64,000 nt of DNA from Nymphaea colorata (Eukaryota): the NCBI RefSeq assembly GCF_008831285.2, contig NC_045138.2, forward strand, positions 13,330,001 through 13,394,000. Reading direction: 5' to 3'. Under the pieces are notes generated by a model, which made no database searches, was not told the origin of the DNA, and saw only the letters and a program-made list of their open reading frames with translations. The translations under genes and the position numbers were made by a program. Shown here one piece after another: positions 12,462-25,960 of this stretch (the stretch's first letter is position 1; the number at the start of each line of letters is the position of its first letter).

Positions 12462-14955
12462 CTAGAAAACTTCCAGGGCATCATAATGCCCGTATCCATG
12501 AAACAATACCGTTATCGGGCTGTTTCCTTTACGGTATTCCTGTCCGTAGCTTGCGATGCTTACCAAGTCCCCCGAGCTCCCGTCCATCATGAACACTGAT
12601 ATCGGCTTCCTGCACTCACATAATTTAATTCCCCGGCAAAATTTCAGTAAAAGACAATATGAGTTACATATTATATTTTATGACTTGCTCATTAAACAAC
12701 CCAACCTTATACCGCCGATCGGCAATCATCAAGAATGGTTCCCCCTAAATTGCAGCAGCTAACAACTAAATAAGTAATTTTAGAAGATTTAGAGTTGAAC
12801 TCACTGAAGAACATGAGAAGCCATCAATAGTTCAGGTTCTCCACCCCAGGCATGTGGCTGCTGGATATTCTTCACATAAGACTCAAAATCTCCCTCAATG
12901 AACCTATAGAGAATGAGTAATAAAATTAAAAGAAACGAAATAAAATCTCTTCTACCATGTACAAAGTAGAACATCTCGACGACTATGAATGAAACTAGGA
13001 ACTGAAGCTCACCATTCGGTTTCTTCACGCCTCTTCAAGAGCTCATTTGCTACCTATTCACGGAAATGGTATTTAATCAGGATCCTTTTCTTCGTTCGAG
13101 AAATTAGTAATGTTTAAAATGCCTGTAAGTTGTAAAGGATCGCTAATAGAAAATAAATAGAGCTCTTCGGAATACTTACTCGAGCCCTTAAATCATCAGC
13201 AAGTTCTTTCTGGAGGGCTTCATCTGGAGCTGCTTTTCCATTTCTTAAGCAATCTCCGTACGCCACAGCTCTGAAGAGACACCTACCATCTCCAGACACA
13301 CCTAAGAAAACAAACAAATTTTGGGTTACTAAATAAACACATGCAGCTATTACTGCAGATTGCAATGACAAGAAAAACCAGTGCTCGACCGACGATCCAA
13401 GTTCAGAAAACTCAGCCGAGAGAAAACCAGTAGCCCATCTTATTTTCCCCTGAATCGAGGAACAGCAAAGCATAAGAAGGATTTGAACGCGTCCGGCACG
13501 TCCCGAGACGAAGGAAACCATGAGAATCGCGAAAAAGTGGAAATACGCATCTTATCCACGATTAATTTTTAGGCGGACATGACAAAATCATCAAATTTCA
13601 GAGAATAAATTCGGCCGGTTCCAATTGAAAATTGCAACAGGGATTCAGTTTTAGGCAGTAGTTTTGCGCGACGCAGTTAAGGCCAAAAGGAATGAAAATA
13701 CGCGAGCCGCAGAGGAGATGAAGCTCGAGCGGTCTCAGGCTCGTAGGCCATAAAACATGTCAACAATGAGATCATCTTTTCTGCAAAAGACGGAATAATG
13801 CGCAGAATTTTTTAAGAATAAGCAATGGGAAGGGACTTCTTTCCAAAATAAGCGAAGCACTTTTTCTGCCCCCAAAGCAGCAGTTTATTGACAATGGATG
13901 GCTGGAACAAACAGGGCTATAAAATTGGGCATTCGTTAAACAGAGGACAGCCGAGTGGGAAGGAAAGGCAGAAGAATCAGTCGAGAATCTTCCGAGTATC
14001 TCTGAAAGGAAGAGATGCAGGGTCGTATGCACGTGGACCGGAGTGGGAGAAGGGAAAGAAAGACTGGGAAAAGAGATCGGACGCGATAAGAGCCGACCAC
14101 CCACGCGGCCATTTCTGGGATGGCGAAGTCACCGTATTTGCGGCGTGAACGTAATGAAACTCGTAGCTGAGAGCAGGCGACGATGGCCATGGCCGATGGG
14201 GCATGGGAAGGGAATATCGTCATTCCGAGAAATTGCAAGGACAATATAGTCATCTCGGGCGATCTCGAGGCCCTCGCCTGCCCTTGACTGAGCAACATGG
14301 ACTTTTCTGCGCCAGTGCTGGCGCTGGCGTCGTCATCCGACGGAGGGAGGGAGGGAGGGCGGGAGAGGAAGAGGAGCGCGGTTTTGCTTACCGGTAACCT
14401 TGTAGGGTGGCGCTTGGGCGAGGTCCGCTGCTGCTGCATGAGGAAGCAACGACGGCGTGGTCGCCCTGTCGCTCTCCCTCTCGGCGGCCTCGCTCCCACC
14501 GGTTTCCTTTTCGGACGAGACGCCATCGTCGCGCCCGTCGATGGGAAGATCGAAGGGCAGGAAGCAGGAGCAGACGCCGAAGAGCAGCCACGCGGAGTTG
14601 GAGCCGTGGAGCCACCTAGCCGGTCGTGCGTCCCAAGCCACATTCCACGAGCCCTCCTCCCTCACCAATCGCCCGACGATCGCCCGCCGGCTCCGGGCGG
14701 AGGTCCCCCGGACGACGGCAAGATGCCGTGCCAGATGGAGACAACGGCAGGGCAGCCGCCGGTGCTGCCATCGGAGGAGCGGAGCAGGCAGGAGCTGGAG
14801 TGGTGTCGGCGCCGGGACTGGGAGTCGGAGCTGGGGAAACGGGCGAAGGAAGGGGGAGGCTTCTCGGCGTACCTGTGGAGGGAGCGATGGAAGGAGGAGG
14901 CGAGGAGGACGGGGAAGAGGAGGGGTTTGGGGCGGGAGCAGAGGAATCCGAGCAT
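12462..14955 (-). CDS. OTU-domain deubiquitinase (At3g57810/OTU4-like clade) with an apparent 1-nt frameshift in exon 1
   Basis: Exons 14955-14392, 13301-13180, 13053-13013, 12903-12805 and 12609-12462 (TAG). Catalytic motifs GDGRCLFRA, WGGEPEL and GYGHYDAL are intact. The N-terminus MLGFLCSRPKP...RRRHHSSSC...SIWHGILP and the block EGSWNVAWDARPARWLH lie in different frames, and the summed exon length is 974 nt (3n+2). Confidence 0.88.
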
Positions 14956-17550
14956 GAGAGTAGCGGATATTAGTGCGGCTGCTGGTCTACAGCTCCCCAA
15001 GGGAATGGGTGGGAGGGGAGAAGGGAGAGGGAGAGGGACGTCGCCCTTCCTTCTCGCTTTACATACGTGATTCGGTTCAGGTTGGCCCACTCTGTCTCTC
15101 ACACGTGTGAAGGTGGGGGCGAATGGCGCAGGCAGAGAAGGAGAGGGAGAGGGAGAGGGAGAGGGAGATGAGGAAGGAATCTGTCGCGATTATTCGGTTG
15201 TTGCTCTGCTTCAGTCTGGCCTTAAATGAATCGGATACAGACAGTCCATTACCGATTTGATTGGATTTGTTTTGGAACTCATTTCGGTCGGTCGGATCTG
15301 ATAAAATTCTTACTCGATTGCTAACTGAACTCGAATTTGGTACGCATAAATAAAAACAAATTCGTGCTTCGCGTTTGACCGAGTCTGATATCTCATTTCC
15401 TTTCCTCCTATAAATAAACGTCAGATCTTATATTATGCTGGCTAGATCTGAATTCGGGTTTTAGAAAACGGGAAGAGGGCGGAGAAAAAAGAAAGAACTC
15501 GGGCGGGTCACGACACGAGTGATACTGTGGGAGGGAGAGATGGCTGGCTGAGAAGAACTATCCACGGCAGCAAGCAACTATGGAAAAACGTCCTAGTTAC
15601 TACTTTTCCCATCGCCCGTCTTTCGAGTCTCTCTCTGCCACCCACAAATGTTTTTCTTTCGGGCGACTTTTCCAATACAATTAAATGTAAATTCTTCTTT
15701 CCACAGGAAAGATTGCAGAAGAGGAACGGAAGGAAGGGTAGCAGAAGAAGAGGAAAGACAAAAAAAAAAAAGAAAAACATGCGGTTGGTGGCTCCAAAAA
15801 ATGTATGGAAGCTGACACCGACTCGATCGGATTCCGGTGTCCTGAGACTTTCAGGTGAGTGGGCCCTGGGCAGGGAAGCATATAGAATGAATGGAAAAGG
15901 TTTGGAAAACTTTCCCAAGGAGGAAGGGAAGAGCGGCCATCTCACCTGAAGCATCAAACATTAAAATGTATACAGCAAGGTCATCTTAAGAACACAATCG
16001 AACGTTTAACATGGAAATCAAATATTCGAATACAGGGCATGCGATTTATATAATTCTTGTATTTAATTATTATGAGAGAGTTAGAAACCACCCGTTCGAG
16101 GCCCGAAAGGCCACTTAAGAATCAGCAATTATTCTTGTTGAGAGGAAATACTACAGCAATTATTAACCCATGCATGACTCTCAACTTAATTTTAAAGCTG
16201 CATCAACTCTTTACCCATTTAAACCTTCCCTCATCTCCTCCTCTTTAATAAATTAAAGAGAAAAAATTTCATCTCATTTAAAGCTAGCTATATGTATATA
16301 TATATACACCCGGCATGAGGTTTGGTAGGATAATCTATCACTAGAAAGAAAGAAAGAAAAAGGCCAAAATGGTGGGACAAGAGCAAGAAAAAGTTGGGGC
16401 CAAGGCAGTCCATATGTTTAAAAGCGGCAACTCTTTCTTTCGCTTGTTGGGTTGGATGAAAACGAAACGAAATCAACATCAGCCGTCCGTCTTGTCTCAT
16501 CGTTTTAGATCTCCCCCTCCTGACGACCTATGATATGATATGTTGTTGCCTTGGCAATGGCCACCACCTAATTATTCATTGTCACGAGTTAATGGCAACC
16601 CGTACACTTAATTTCAAGAGTCGATTCAATATGAAATTGAAGCTGCTGCTGCTGCCTCCAGCTCTTCTCATAGTCAAGTGCCGGATTAGACGCGCGATTC
16701 GTCTTAAAAATGTATTTGCCCATGGATCTCTCCCTTTGGCTTCAGCTGCTGATCAGTTGAGTTGTTGGTGGCAGATGGGATGGTAGCGCACCAGCAGGGT
16801 GGTTCAATTTTGTGAGCATCAGTGTTGGACTTGGGCGTGCACGCTTTTCCAAGCATCACACAAAAGTTTGACACATAACAGGATGAAAAGAAAAACAAAG
16901 GGAATGAACAAACTATGTTCATAGAGGAAAGAAACAAGTCATTTCCTTTTCCATTTCTCTCCATCCAAATACCATGCGTCATCGACATTTGCTTTCTATC
17001 CATCTCCAGCCCCGTAAGTGCCAAGAAAATTGGTTTGAATCACTAGCAAAACATTTTGTTTGTAAAAAAACACAAGAACAATAATGATTTTTGCATACTA
17101 ATAGCTGGGGATACTAGGTCCATGGCCTGACTAATCCAATTCAGTTTCTGATTCATCGCTCGTTTGGTAGTTTAGGACATGGAGTTCCTTCACTGAACTG
17201 CCTCCTCATCTCCCACCGGGCTGAGATTATCAAAGAAGCAATAGCTTGTTTGCATCCTTGACTTGTTGTCTCCGTGGGGGTGTAATGTAAGCGGGCAGGG
17301 CACCGAGCTCAACCGGCGGCGAGGCCTCCAACTTGAGGTCAGCCTCGTAATTTGTGTTAAGTTGGAGCCCAAATTTAATTGCCGAGGATGCAGGAGAAGG
17401 ACTAGCTCTCGGCGGCCGCGGCATCCTCCGCTCCACTCCACCATCCCCTTCTTATCCTCTTGTAATTCGAAGCGCACCCTCCCGCTCCCGCTCCCGCTCT
17501 CTCTCACACTCACAATCTGCCGCGAAGTGGAAGGACACACCGAGAGGAGA

Positions 17551-20500
17551 ATGGCGGACGGTGAAGCGAAGGGCTCCGGCGAAGAGCCGCCCCTGCCCTG
17601 GTCTGGCTATGAGGAGGACGAAGAGTCCTCCGATTCCGACATCTCGTGGGAGGGGTGGGACGAGGAGTACGACTCCGAGGACGCCGAGGACGTGGCAGTC
17701 GCCCGTGTTCGGGAGGGAAAGGCCGTCCTGCAAGCAAAGAGCCCCGAGGAGAGGCGGAAGACCACAATCCGGCGCTTCTTCCGGGCGCTGGACGACCCTA
17801 GGGTCCGGGAGAGGGAGGAGGAAGAGGACCGATACCGCATCTACCCGGAGGATATCTTTGACTTCCCCAATGACCCGGAGAAGTGGAGGGAGGAGGACCT
17901 GCAGGAGTACTGGAGGGACGCTCCGCTCGAGATGGCGCAGCCCGGCTGGGACCCCGTCTTCGCCGACGAGGAGGATTGGGAGGCTGTTGTCGACGAGCTC
18001 AGCGCCGGCCGCGACCCGCCTATCGCTCCCTTCTACGTTCCCTTCCGCAAGTACTTCCCCGTCATCCCCGACAACCACCATGACATCGCCACCCCCAAGG
18101 CCGTCATCGAGGAGCTCGATCGCATCGAGGAGTTCCTCAAGTGGGGCAGCTACATCTTTCCTGACGGTAGCTCGTGAGTACCAATTTCTTCTCTTCCTTC
18201 ACCACTCCATTTGTGATTCGTCTGTTCTACAATGAATTAGCGGTCCTTTTTGTCCTACTGGAATAAAAGAACGTGCAAAGTGGGGTCCGGATAAGTGATT
18301 AGCAGGTCTGAGTGCGCAAAATTTTGGAGGAAGATTCCGTCATCTATAAAAGTGGATTCGTAGTGGCCCGCATTCCAGGCATCACCTGTCATTGCATTGT
18401 ACATTGCTTTGGTTGATGACATAGGAACTTGTTCCGCGCTTCTCAGTTTTCTTCTGCGTTCCCAATTGACGACATTTTTTTGGGAATTTGATTGGATTAC
18501 TGAATTTCGTGACGTTTCCAAATTAAGGTATAGCGCTTTCTTAGCTGTAGATGATGTGGGTTCTTACATATGGAACCAGGAGAGTAACTATCCAAGAAAA
18601 ACCGTTGGTGGTTTGTGCTATTATGTACTGCTCTGGGTTGTGTTTGGATATAACCATTCATCCAGAGAGAAAACGGGAGTTAAGGTTTATATTATTGACC
18701 ACAGTGTTATACCCAATCACGTAGTTGAATGTCTTATCCTGTGATTAATGTTTCATAGTAACTTACTTTTAAGTACCGTTTGTGGAATATCAGGTACGAA
18801 GGGACTGTGTGGGATGATCTGGCTCATGGTAAAGGGGTATATATCGCTGAACAGGGACTCGTCAGGTAATCTCAATTGCATCTGTTCTTATTGCTAGTAA
18901 TATTAGTGCCAGTTGATTGGTCACAGCTTCCTGCTTGCGTTTTTATCTTTCCATTTCTTCCCCTTTTAAGACTGCGTTATATTTCTTTCTTTGCTCTAAT
19001 TAAAGCTCAAACACTCAGTCTTTTTTATCATTACGATTCCTCTTTTCTGCTTATGATGTTATTCCTATCAGTATTCTGTGTTCCTAATCATGGGAATGAG
19101 TTTATTAAGTGTTTTTTCCTATAGCAAACTTTTCGTGGGCACATACTGGGGATTGCAAATTGTTAACTGTTTCTTCATGCCAGGTCTGCCTTTGATGGTA
19201 TGAACAATATTTAGTCCACTTTTCGATTAGACTTCTAGTTTTACCCATATTGAAGCCTAAAAGGCATGTATCTGCTCAAAAATTCTAAATATGTTTATTC
19301 ATTTGTCTGGCTGTAACTTATTCTCCTGTCAATCTCGATATTGGCTAATCTAAGCTGAGAATTTTATAGTGTCTTTCCCAGTAAAAGTACTTATTTAATA
19401 TTTAAGTCCGTTTGATGGTTTAGTGGTTCTTTACTGTTATCTGAAATACAAAACTTGATCTCATTCCACTAATCTAAGACCCAATGTTGATTCTAATACG
19501 TGATTTGTTGCTCAGAGTCTCCCTTGGCACTGGCTTTGATTCATAAAAGATGTTTGTATACTGGCAGATATGAGGGAGAGTGGCTTCAGAACCAGATGGA
19601 GGGTCATGGTGTGGTTCAGGTTGATATTCCTCAGCAGGAACCTCTGCCAGGTTCCAAGTGCGTTTTCTCGTCATACTTTACTTTGTTCATGCATTTCAGG
19701 GGTAGAAATCTATGAATATTTAAACTCAACTATTCTTTCTCAACCTTTTTCAATAATCTCCTGAGTGATATGGACACTCACTTTGTGAACTGCTTCTAGA
19801 CTTGACGCTAAGTGGCGAGCACAAGGAAAAGTTATGAAAAGAGATTTCATGGACGATGAAGATAGAAAATGGCTGGAGATGGACATAGAGGACAGTGTGC
19901 GTTTAGCCAATACTGAGTATGACATTCCATTCTATGAAAGTAACGAATGGGTGAGACAGTTTGGGAAGAAACCGTGAGTTTCGAACCCTATCACTTTTCG
20001 TCGCTGAACAATTTTGGTTACTTCATCTGCCTTTCCTGCACATGCATTTCTGGTTTTTTTTTTTTTTTTTTTTTCTGGATGACATATTTCAGATCATCAA
20101 GCTTTCTGTGTATACTAGCTACAGTGTAGTTAAGATCACACTATTTTTCTTCTTCAAATGACTTTGCCGTGTTACTATACAAGCAAAAAAATGAAAGGTT
20201 GAACTTTCATATATTCTCAGTAATTTTTTGACATTCTACTGATCAATTCTGATTTGATATTCTGTTGCATTGAATGAAATTTGGTTTGCTTGGAATATGA
20301 CCTTGATTGATACACTTTGTACCAGGGAGAAAGGTCGCTACAGATATTCAGGACAATGGAAGCATGGTAGAGCACATGGCTGTGGTGTTTATGAAGTTAA
20401 TGAGAGAGTGACCTTCGTAGGTGTCTAAACTATAATTTTTGAGTCACATATATTATCTAGGGCTTGGTTTCTGGAAAGGTTTTCTTCCTCTTAGTAACTA

Positions 20501-23500
20501 ACGAATATCTCTTGTTATTACTTTTCTTTTTTTTGAGCTTGATAAATTATCACATGTGGTGAAACTGCATGACTGTTTTTGTAGAAATAATTGCTGAGCT
20601 ACTTTCCTTATACAGGGAAGGTTTTACTTTGGAAACCTTACGGAGGACTCTTGGAGATGCCCACCTGAAATAGCTATGGTATTTCTTGTCTTATTTCTAA
20701 TTTTTATGCTACGTCATGTGGGTGCGGGTGCACACACCAGTGTGGAGCATTTATCAAAAAACTTGCATGGGGGGACATTGCTATGAATAAGATCTAAAGC
20801 AACAAATACATGTAACCGTTATTTTTATTCATATAAAGTATAAATCATAGTCGTAGAAAACGCGTTTTTTTTTTGAAAAAAAACGCGATAACTTAAATGA
20901 CCGTTTAAAACTTAAAAAGAACACATTTTTTTTGAAAAAAATGCATTAAAAACACGTTTTTAACGCGTTTTTTTCACCTTTTTCATTTTTTTTCAGTTTT
21001 TTTAATGCCAAACAGGTTTTTTTTCATTTTCTATTTTTTATTTATTGCAAATCTACTTACCTTGTGATGTTTCTGTTATTAGTTTCTCACTTATTTTATT
21101 TTTTCCCTATTTTTAATTTTTCAAAATTTTGAAAAATTTACCGTATTTTTCTTGTTTTCTTTCCGTTTTTTCAAGTTCACTGTATTATACCTGAGAAAAC
21201 CTCGCCGTTTAAAACTCCGAGGCGTTATTTGTGAATTGTGACTATGGAGTATGGACTATAAATTACTAGTCAAAAACTAGCAAAATATATTTAAACAATA
21301 CAAAAAATAGGTTCAATCCTTCCAGGCATGTATTCACATAGCTTCTATACTGTTCAACATGCAACTTTGAATTTGAAGATGTGTCATATGACAGTTGCTC
21401 TTTTTTTCCTTTTTTTTCTCTATTTAGATGCATGCTTCAATAGCTGAAGTTGCTGCTGCAAAGGCCCGGATGTTTGTATACAAACCAGATGGAAGTATGT
21501 ATCACTTCCCTTAAAGTGTTTGATTATGCCTGTTATTTACTATTGCTTGTTTATGATATAATTCGTTATTCATATGATGCATGTTTGGTTGACTACTGCC
21601 AGTTATCAGTTTGCAATTAAGAAACAACAAAGTGAAGACTCTTACAATAGGATAAGAGCTGTATATGCTCAAGCTGATTCTATTCATGGTCTATGATTCT
21701 GCTGTGTCTGCTATTGTAGATTGATGTAAGATATCCTTTTTAAGAATGTGCCTGTGAGGAAGAGAATTTGTTAGAAGTTTTCTTGCATGTTTCTGCTTTT
21801 TAGGACATCTTTTCTGTGGGCCAGATTTGGAGAAATCTGCCTCTTTTTGTCAGAATCCATGAAATTAAGTTGTAGTTTCATTGGCTTGCATTTTAGCTGT
21901 AAACTGAAAGATCAGTTGCTTTGTGAAAAAGGTTCTAACCTGTTGTTCATCAGCTACTTTTTGTGAAGATACACACATGCATGCACATGCACAAGTTCGC
22001 TGATACACACATTTGCTGCTTTGGTTCCGATTGTAATGTCATAGGGTCACCAAGAATTGGTGGATGCATTTTTTTTTTTTTAGCTTTTGCTGATCTTCTG
22101 GTGATGGTTGTAAGTGGAATTAAATTACTATTCCAAGCCTGTTCCATGAGTAAAGCTTGTCAAGGATGGGTTCTGCTAGCAGTATTATGAAATGCTCTTG
22201 AAGTGCTGAAACTTCTTTCCATTCCATGATTTACAGTGGTAAGGGAGGAAAGGGGCCCGTATGGAGATCCTCAGCATCCCTACTTTTATGAAGAAGAAGA
22301 CACATGGATGGCCCCAGGGTTCATCAATGAATTTTATGAAGTAAACAAGCATACCGCTGTCTCATCTTGTTTCATCCTTTTCTTTCATGCCTCACTGTAG
22401 GTTAAAGAGAAAGGCTTTGATTTCAGGTTCCAGACCTTTGGAAAGGCTATGTCGAAGATGTTGATCAGGAAAGAGAAATGTGGTTGAACTCCTTCACTAA
22501 GTCACCACTTAGACTTCCCATGCCAGCTGAACTTGAACACTGGTGGTCAAAAGGTATTTTATCTATAGATAAAGATTTGCTTACTTGGTTGCACTATATT
22601 CCGTTATTGCGAGGCCATCCTCAACAAGTCATGTAAACGTGGAGAAAGATCTAAGTTGGGCAAGATTTTTATTTATTTATTTATTTTTGGGAGGTGGATG
22701 CTGTTGTGTGTTTGAAACAGCCGCACATTGACGTGGTTGTTGACCTGTAATTGTCTCGTGATGCAGAGATGTTTGCTTAACCCATTCATATAATATTTTC
22801 ACTTTCCAATGTGAAAATTTTGGAATTGAATGGTGGAAAATATTTCCTACGGATTTTACATAAAATGAGGGTGTTGTGGAGAATTCACATATTCAGAATG
22901 TGTAGAATTTTATGCAATACAAGATGCGAAATTCTGTAGATATACAAATTGTCTCATCCAGAAATTCAAACAGTTCTCTCTCCAAGATTTTAAGGACCTA
23001 GTTACGAATGAGCACATCCTACATATTGCATCCTCAGATTCTCGTTGTACCTTTGAATGTTTGAAAATGTCTGCCTTGTTTTCCTTCTTCTTCAAACGAT
23101 CTTTTTCAATCTGTTCTTGTGTTTGACTCCTGGAGTCTTGTTGAATTTTCTGACGAAATGGACCATGTTCTGAGAAATTTATGTTTTCGGCACCATGATA
23201 TTATTACTAATTTCTAGCGGATCCTCACACATAGTCCCATCTAATGATTAACTTGTGTAAATGCATGAAAAGTCGCCAGCATCCGATGCATTTTAATGGC
23301 TTAATTATATGCTTTTGATGTCCATTAATTCATTTGTATTTCTTACAATTTCTGGTGTGCTACTGCAGATGAAGACCCTGAATTCATACTTGTTAATAAA
23401 GAGCCGGAGCCTGATCCTGAAGACCCTGCAAAACTTGTTCACACAGATGACCCACTCATATTGCACACACCAAGTGGAAGATTCATCAACTTTGTCGACG

Positions 23501-24447
23501 ATGAAAAATATGGAGTTCGCTTGTTCTGGCAACCGGAGGTGGGAGATGAGGATGAGATAGATCCTGAGAATGCCAAGTTTCTCCCTCTCGGTTTTGATGA
23601 GTTCTATGGGCGAACAACTGTTGTCAGGAAGAAAAGCAAATTGTTGGGCTTTGTACAAGCAGCGGAACGTTTCATAAAACCTGCAATGAATGTGCTTGAA
23701 AAGTGGTGTGAGGAACAAAAGAAAGCTTGTGAGATGAGACTGAAGTTGATAGATCAGGAGCTTGAGCTAAAAGAAGCTGAAGTTTGCCTTAAAGAGGCAA
23801 TCGAAGAGATGGAAAAGGAGTTGGAATTAGAACAGAAAGAGGAAGAGAAAAAAGCAGCAATGCGTAGCAAGGAAGTAAAAGAAGATTTTTCACCCACTGT
23901 TGTTGAAGGTGATGCAGAGATCGAAGCAGAAGAAGAGGAGAGTGCTGAAGAGGTTCCGTGGAGCTTTGGTTCTGTCTCTCAAGATCAACCTGAGAGGGAG
24001 CGAGAAGAGGCTGACAAGGGCAAAAAACATGGGAATCCATTTCCATTTGCTTCATTTTCAACATCTCTTACTTCATGCAACCTATCTTTTGCGGTGAGTT
24101 CTCTATTTGCTCCATGTGTCCATGCATGTGTACAACGTTCTAAAGAAATTGGTCAACAGGTTCCGTGGAAGAAAGGATGGCTTGCATCTCCAAAAAAGTT
24201 TGCTGCTTCACCCCATGATGTGTCCAGGTCTCCTTCTGAACCAGTCAATACCACAAGTTTGTCTTTCGCTTGGAGTAGAAATGTGAACATCAAGGCATGC
24301 TGTGGCAAAACGAAGATTGGCCAGAGAGAAAAGAAATTTCACCAGCTGCATTCTTTAGCTCAAACTCTGATTGGAAGGAAGATGGCGCAAGCCAAAGCAG
24401 AACCAGCTCCTGACTGCCACCTACTCTGCCTGCAGGTACCTTTGTAG
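17551..24447 (+). CDS. TIC100: TIC100/EMB1211, MORN-repeat subunit of the chloroplast inner-envelope 1-MDa TIC complex
   Basis: Exons 17551-18173, 18794-18865, 19568-19657, 19800-19973, 20326-20416, 20616-20678, 21428-21494, 22237-22340, 22427-22553 and 23369-24447 (probable extra intron at 24094-24159) join in frame. Acidic N-terminus, PPIAPFYVP, MORN repeats YEGTVWDDLAHGKGVY, YEGEWLQNQMEGHG and YSGQWKHGRAHGCG, and FLPLGFDEFYG. Confidence 0.93.
20846..21246. mobile_element. MITE-like insertion in a TIC100 intron, adjacent to a fragment resembling the TIR of the element at 8793
   Basis: Ends catagtcg...tgtgactatg are inverted and there are subterminal aaaacgcg/cgcgtttt repeats. The upstream ctacgtcatgtgggtgcg (~20709) resembles the 8793 TIR. 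The TSD is not clean. Confidence 0.45.
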
Positions 24448-25232
24448 ATTATCTGGGTGTATTTTTGACCAATTTTGCTCTTCTCTTTTGTAATTTTTTG
24501 GGGCCTATGCATCTACTGCCAACGTTCAGACATCCACAATGAGTTGAATTTCTTTCTGCGTCTTTAATTGAGGGAGTTCGGAGCTGTAAATGTCTGGAAA
24601 ACGTCAGTTTGTGGGTTCAGGTGCTTCCTTGCTAGCGTTGGGTCCTCTTGTGTTTTGTTATCGTGTACAGGAGGGATGTCCCTGTTGTCTCCTCATGCCT
24701 GACTGTGACATAGGAAGCCAATCTACGAATTGGGAAGGGAAGGAAAGGGTAAAATTATCGAGGCCAAAATACTGTTTGTGCTAACGGAATTTGGGTTGGT
24801 TTACACGGCGATGGGGATGAGGTGGATCATGGATGCCTCCTAACCAGGACGCGAGCTTACTTCCATTTTGAACCCTCGCCGCTTGCTGGGTTTCCCTTGT
24901 CTGCCTCGTGCGTAAGTGGCAGCATCAGGAGAGGGTGTGGTCCGTCCAAAAAACTATCTTTCTATGGATTGCTGATAAATATGGGAAACAATACTGCTAA
25001 AAGCTATAAGATAAATATTTCTTGGATTCATTTGTTGACCTCGCCATTTTACTTTTATGAGGATTGTTATCGTGCCCAATGCAATTAAGGTCAGGGAACT
25101 TCCTGGAGGGCGTCTTATTAATCGGTCCAGTCCTTTTGGGGGTTTCTCCCTGTTTGAGGTGGTTATTAAAACCCGCCAAATTTTCGCCGTATTTCTGTCT
25201 GCTGCTGCTAAGGGTAGGTACCATGGCGAGGG

Positions 25233-25680
25233 CTTTTCTGCGACTTCCGGGGAAAAAGGTTACCGTCTTCCAAGCTTTTTCGTGTTTGGTGGTATCAAGG
25301 AAAAACTCGGGGGATGCTCCGTCGAGCTAGGGTTTCGGCGAGGTGTGTGGGGGTTGTGGAGGGAACGAATTGGAGGGTAGCAAGCATTCAAGGGAGCAGC
25401 GGTGCTCCTCCCGGATTGCGGAGAGGCGGCGCGGTAGAGGAACGGCAGAGATTCAACAGGGTGGGAGGCGAGAGTGGTCGAGTGTCTGGTCACGGCCATA
25501 GCGGGGCCCTTGCTGGCAGTTTTCAGCGCACTCAAAGCCACTGGCCATAACGCCCGTCTATCGAGTTCACATCCACGGGAAGAGGTAGCTTCCTGATTCG
25601 AACGTCTTCTGAGGCAGAAGTTAGCCGCATTTTAGCCCCAGGAAGATGGAAGGTATCCAGAAAGCTTTTTGATGTTTTTA
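25233..25680 (+). mobile_element. Degenerate LINE ORF1 (DUF4283-like) 5' fragment
   Basis: The frame of ORF 25314-25550 continues past its stop as RPSIEFTSTGRGSFLIRTSSEAEVSRILAPGRWKV, resembling the plant L1 ORF1 pattern G.G.FL.R...E...IL..GPW. The segment is GC-rich within AT-rich intergenic DNA. Confidence 0.55.
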
Positions 25681-25836
25681 TTTGCCCAACCATTTGAGTC
25701 ATGGTGGTCTGATTTGTAATCCGTCATAGAAAGTTCAACGCGGCACAGTCATCCTCCTGCATATCTTCTATTTGGATCCATGATATTGTGCAACATTCCT
25801 GACAATTTTTTTTTTTTTTTTGAATGTAGTGTTTAA

Positions 25837-25960
25837 GTGCCGTTTGACAGCAGGGATACAGTAATAGTAGTGTCCGACGAATCTGTCTCAAATACACTAG
25901 TTAATATTTGAGACATGTTCATAGGACACCCACATAATAATCTGTCCCGGTTCAAATTAT
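25837..25960. mobile_element. Small palindromic MITE remnant (Tourist-like)
   Basis: gtgtccgacgaatctgtctcaaata ... tatttgagacatgttcataggacac form an imperfect stem inside tttga...tcaaa ends. Confidence 0.5.

Noticed and set aside
14297..15070. 257-aa plus-strand ORF and other overlapping ORFs at 13936-15102
   Set aside because: Shadow ORFs of the GC-rich OTU exon 1, with no recognisable motifs.
15230..15470. Cluster of tcgga/ccga-type short motifs (a similar cluster at ~59050-59280)
   Set aside because: Suggestive of decayed DNA-transposon subterminal repeats, but no TIR or TSD could be defined.
17263..18235. Upstream TTG extension of TIC100 and the 293-aa / 209-aa alternative-frame ORFs
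   Set aside because: The eukaryotic start is the ATG at 17551; the other frames are open because of GC3 bias.
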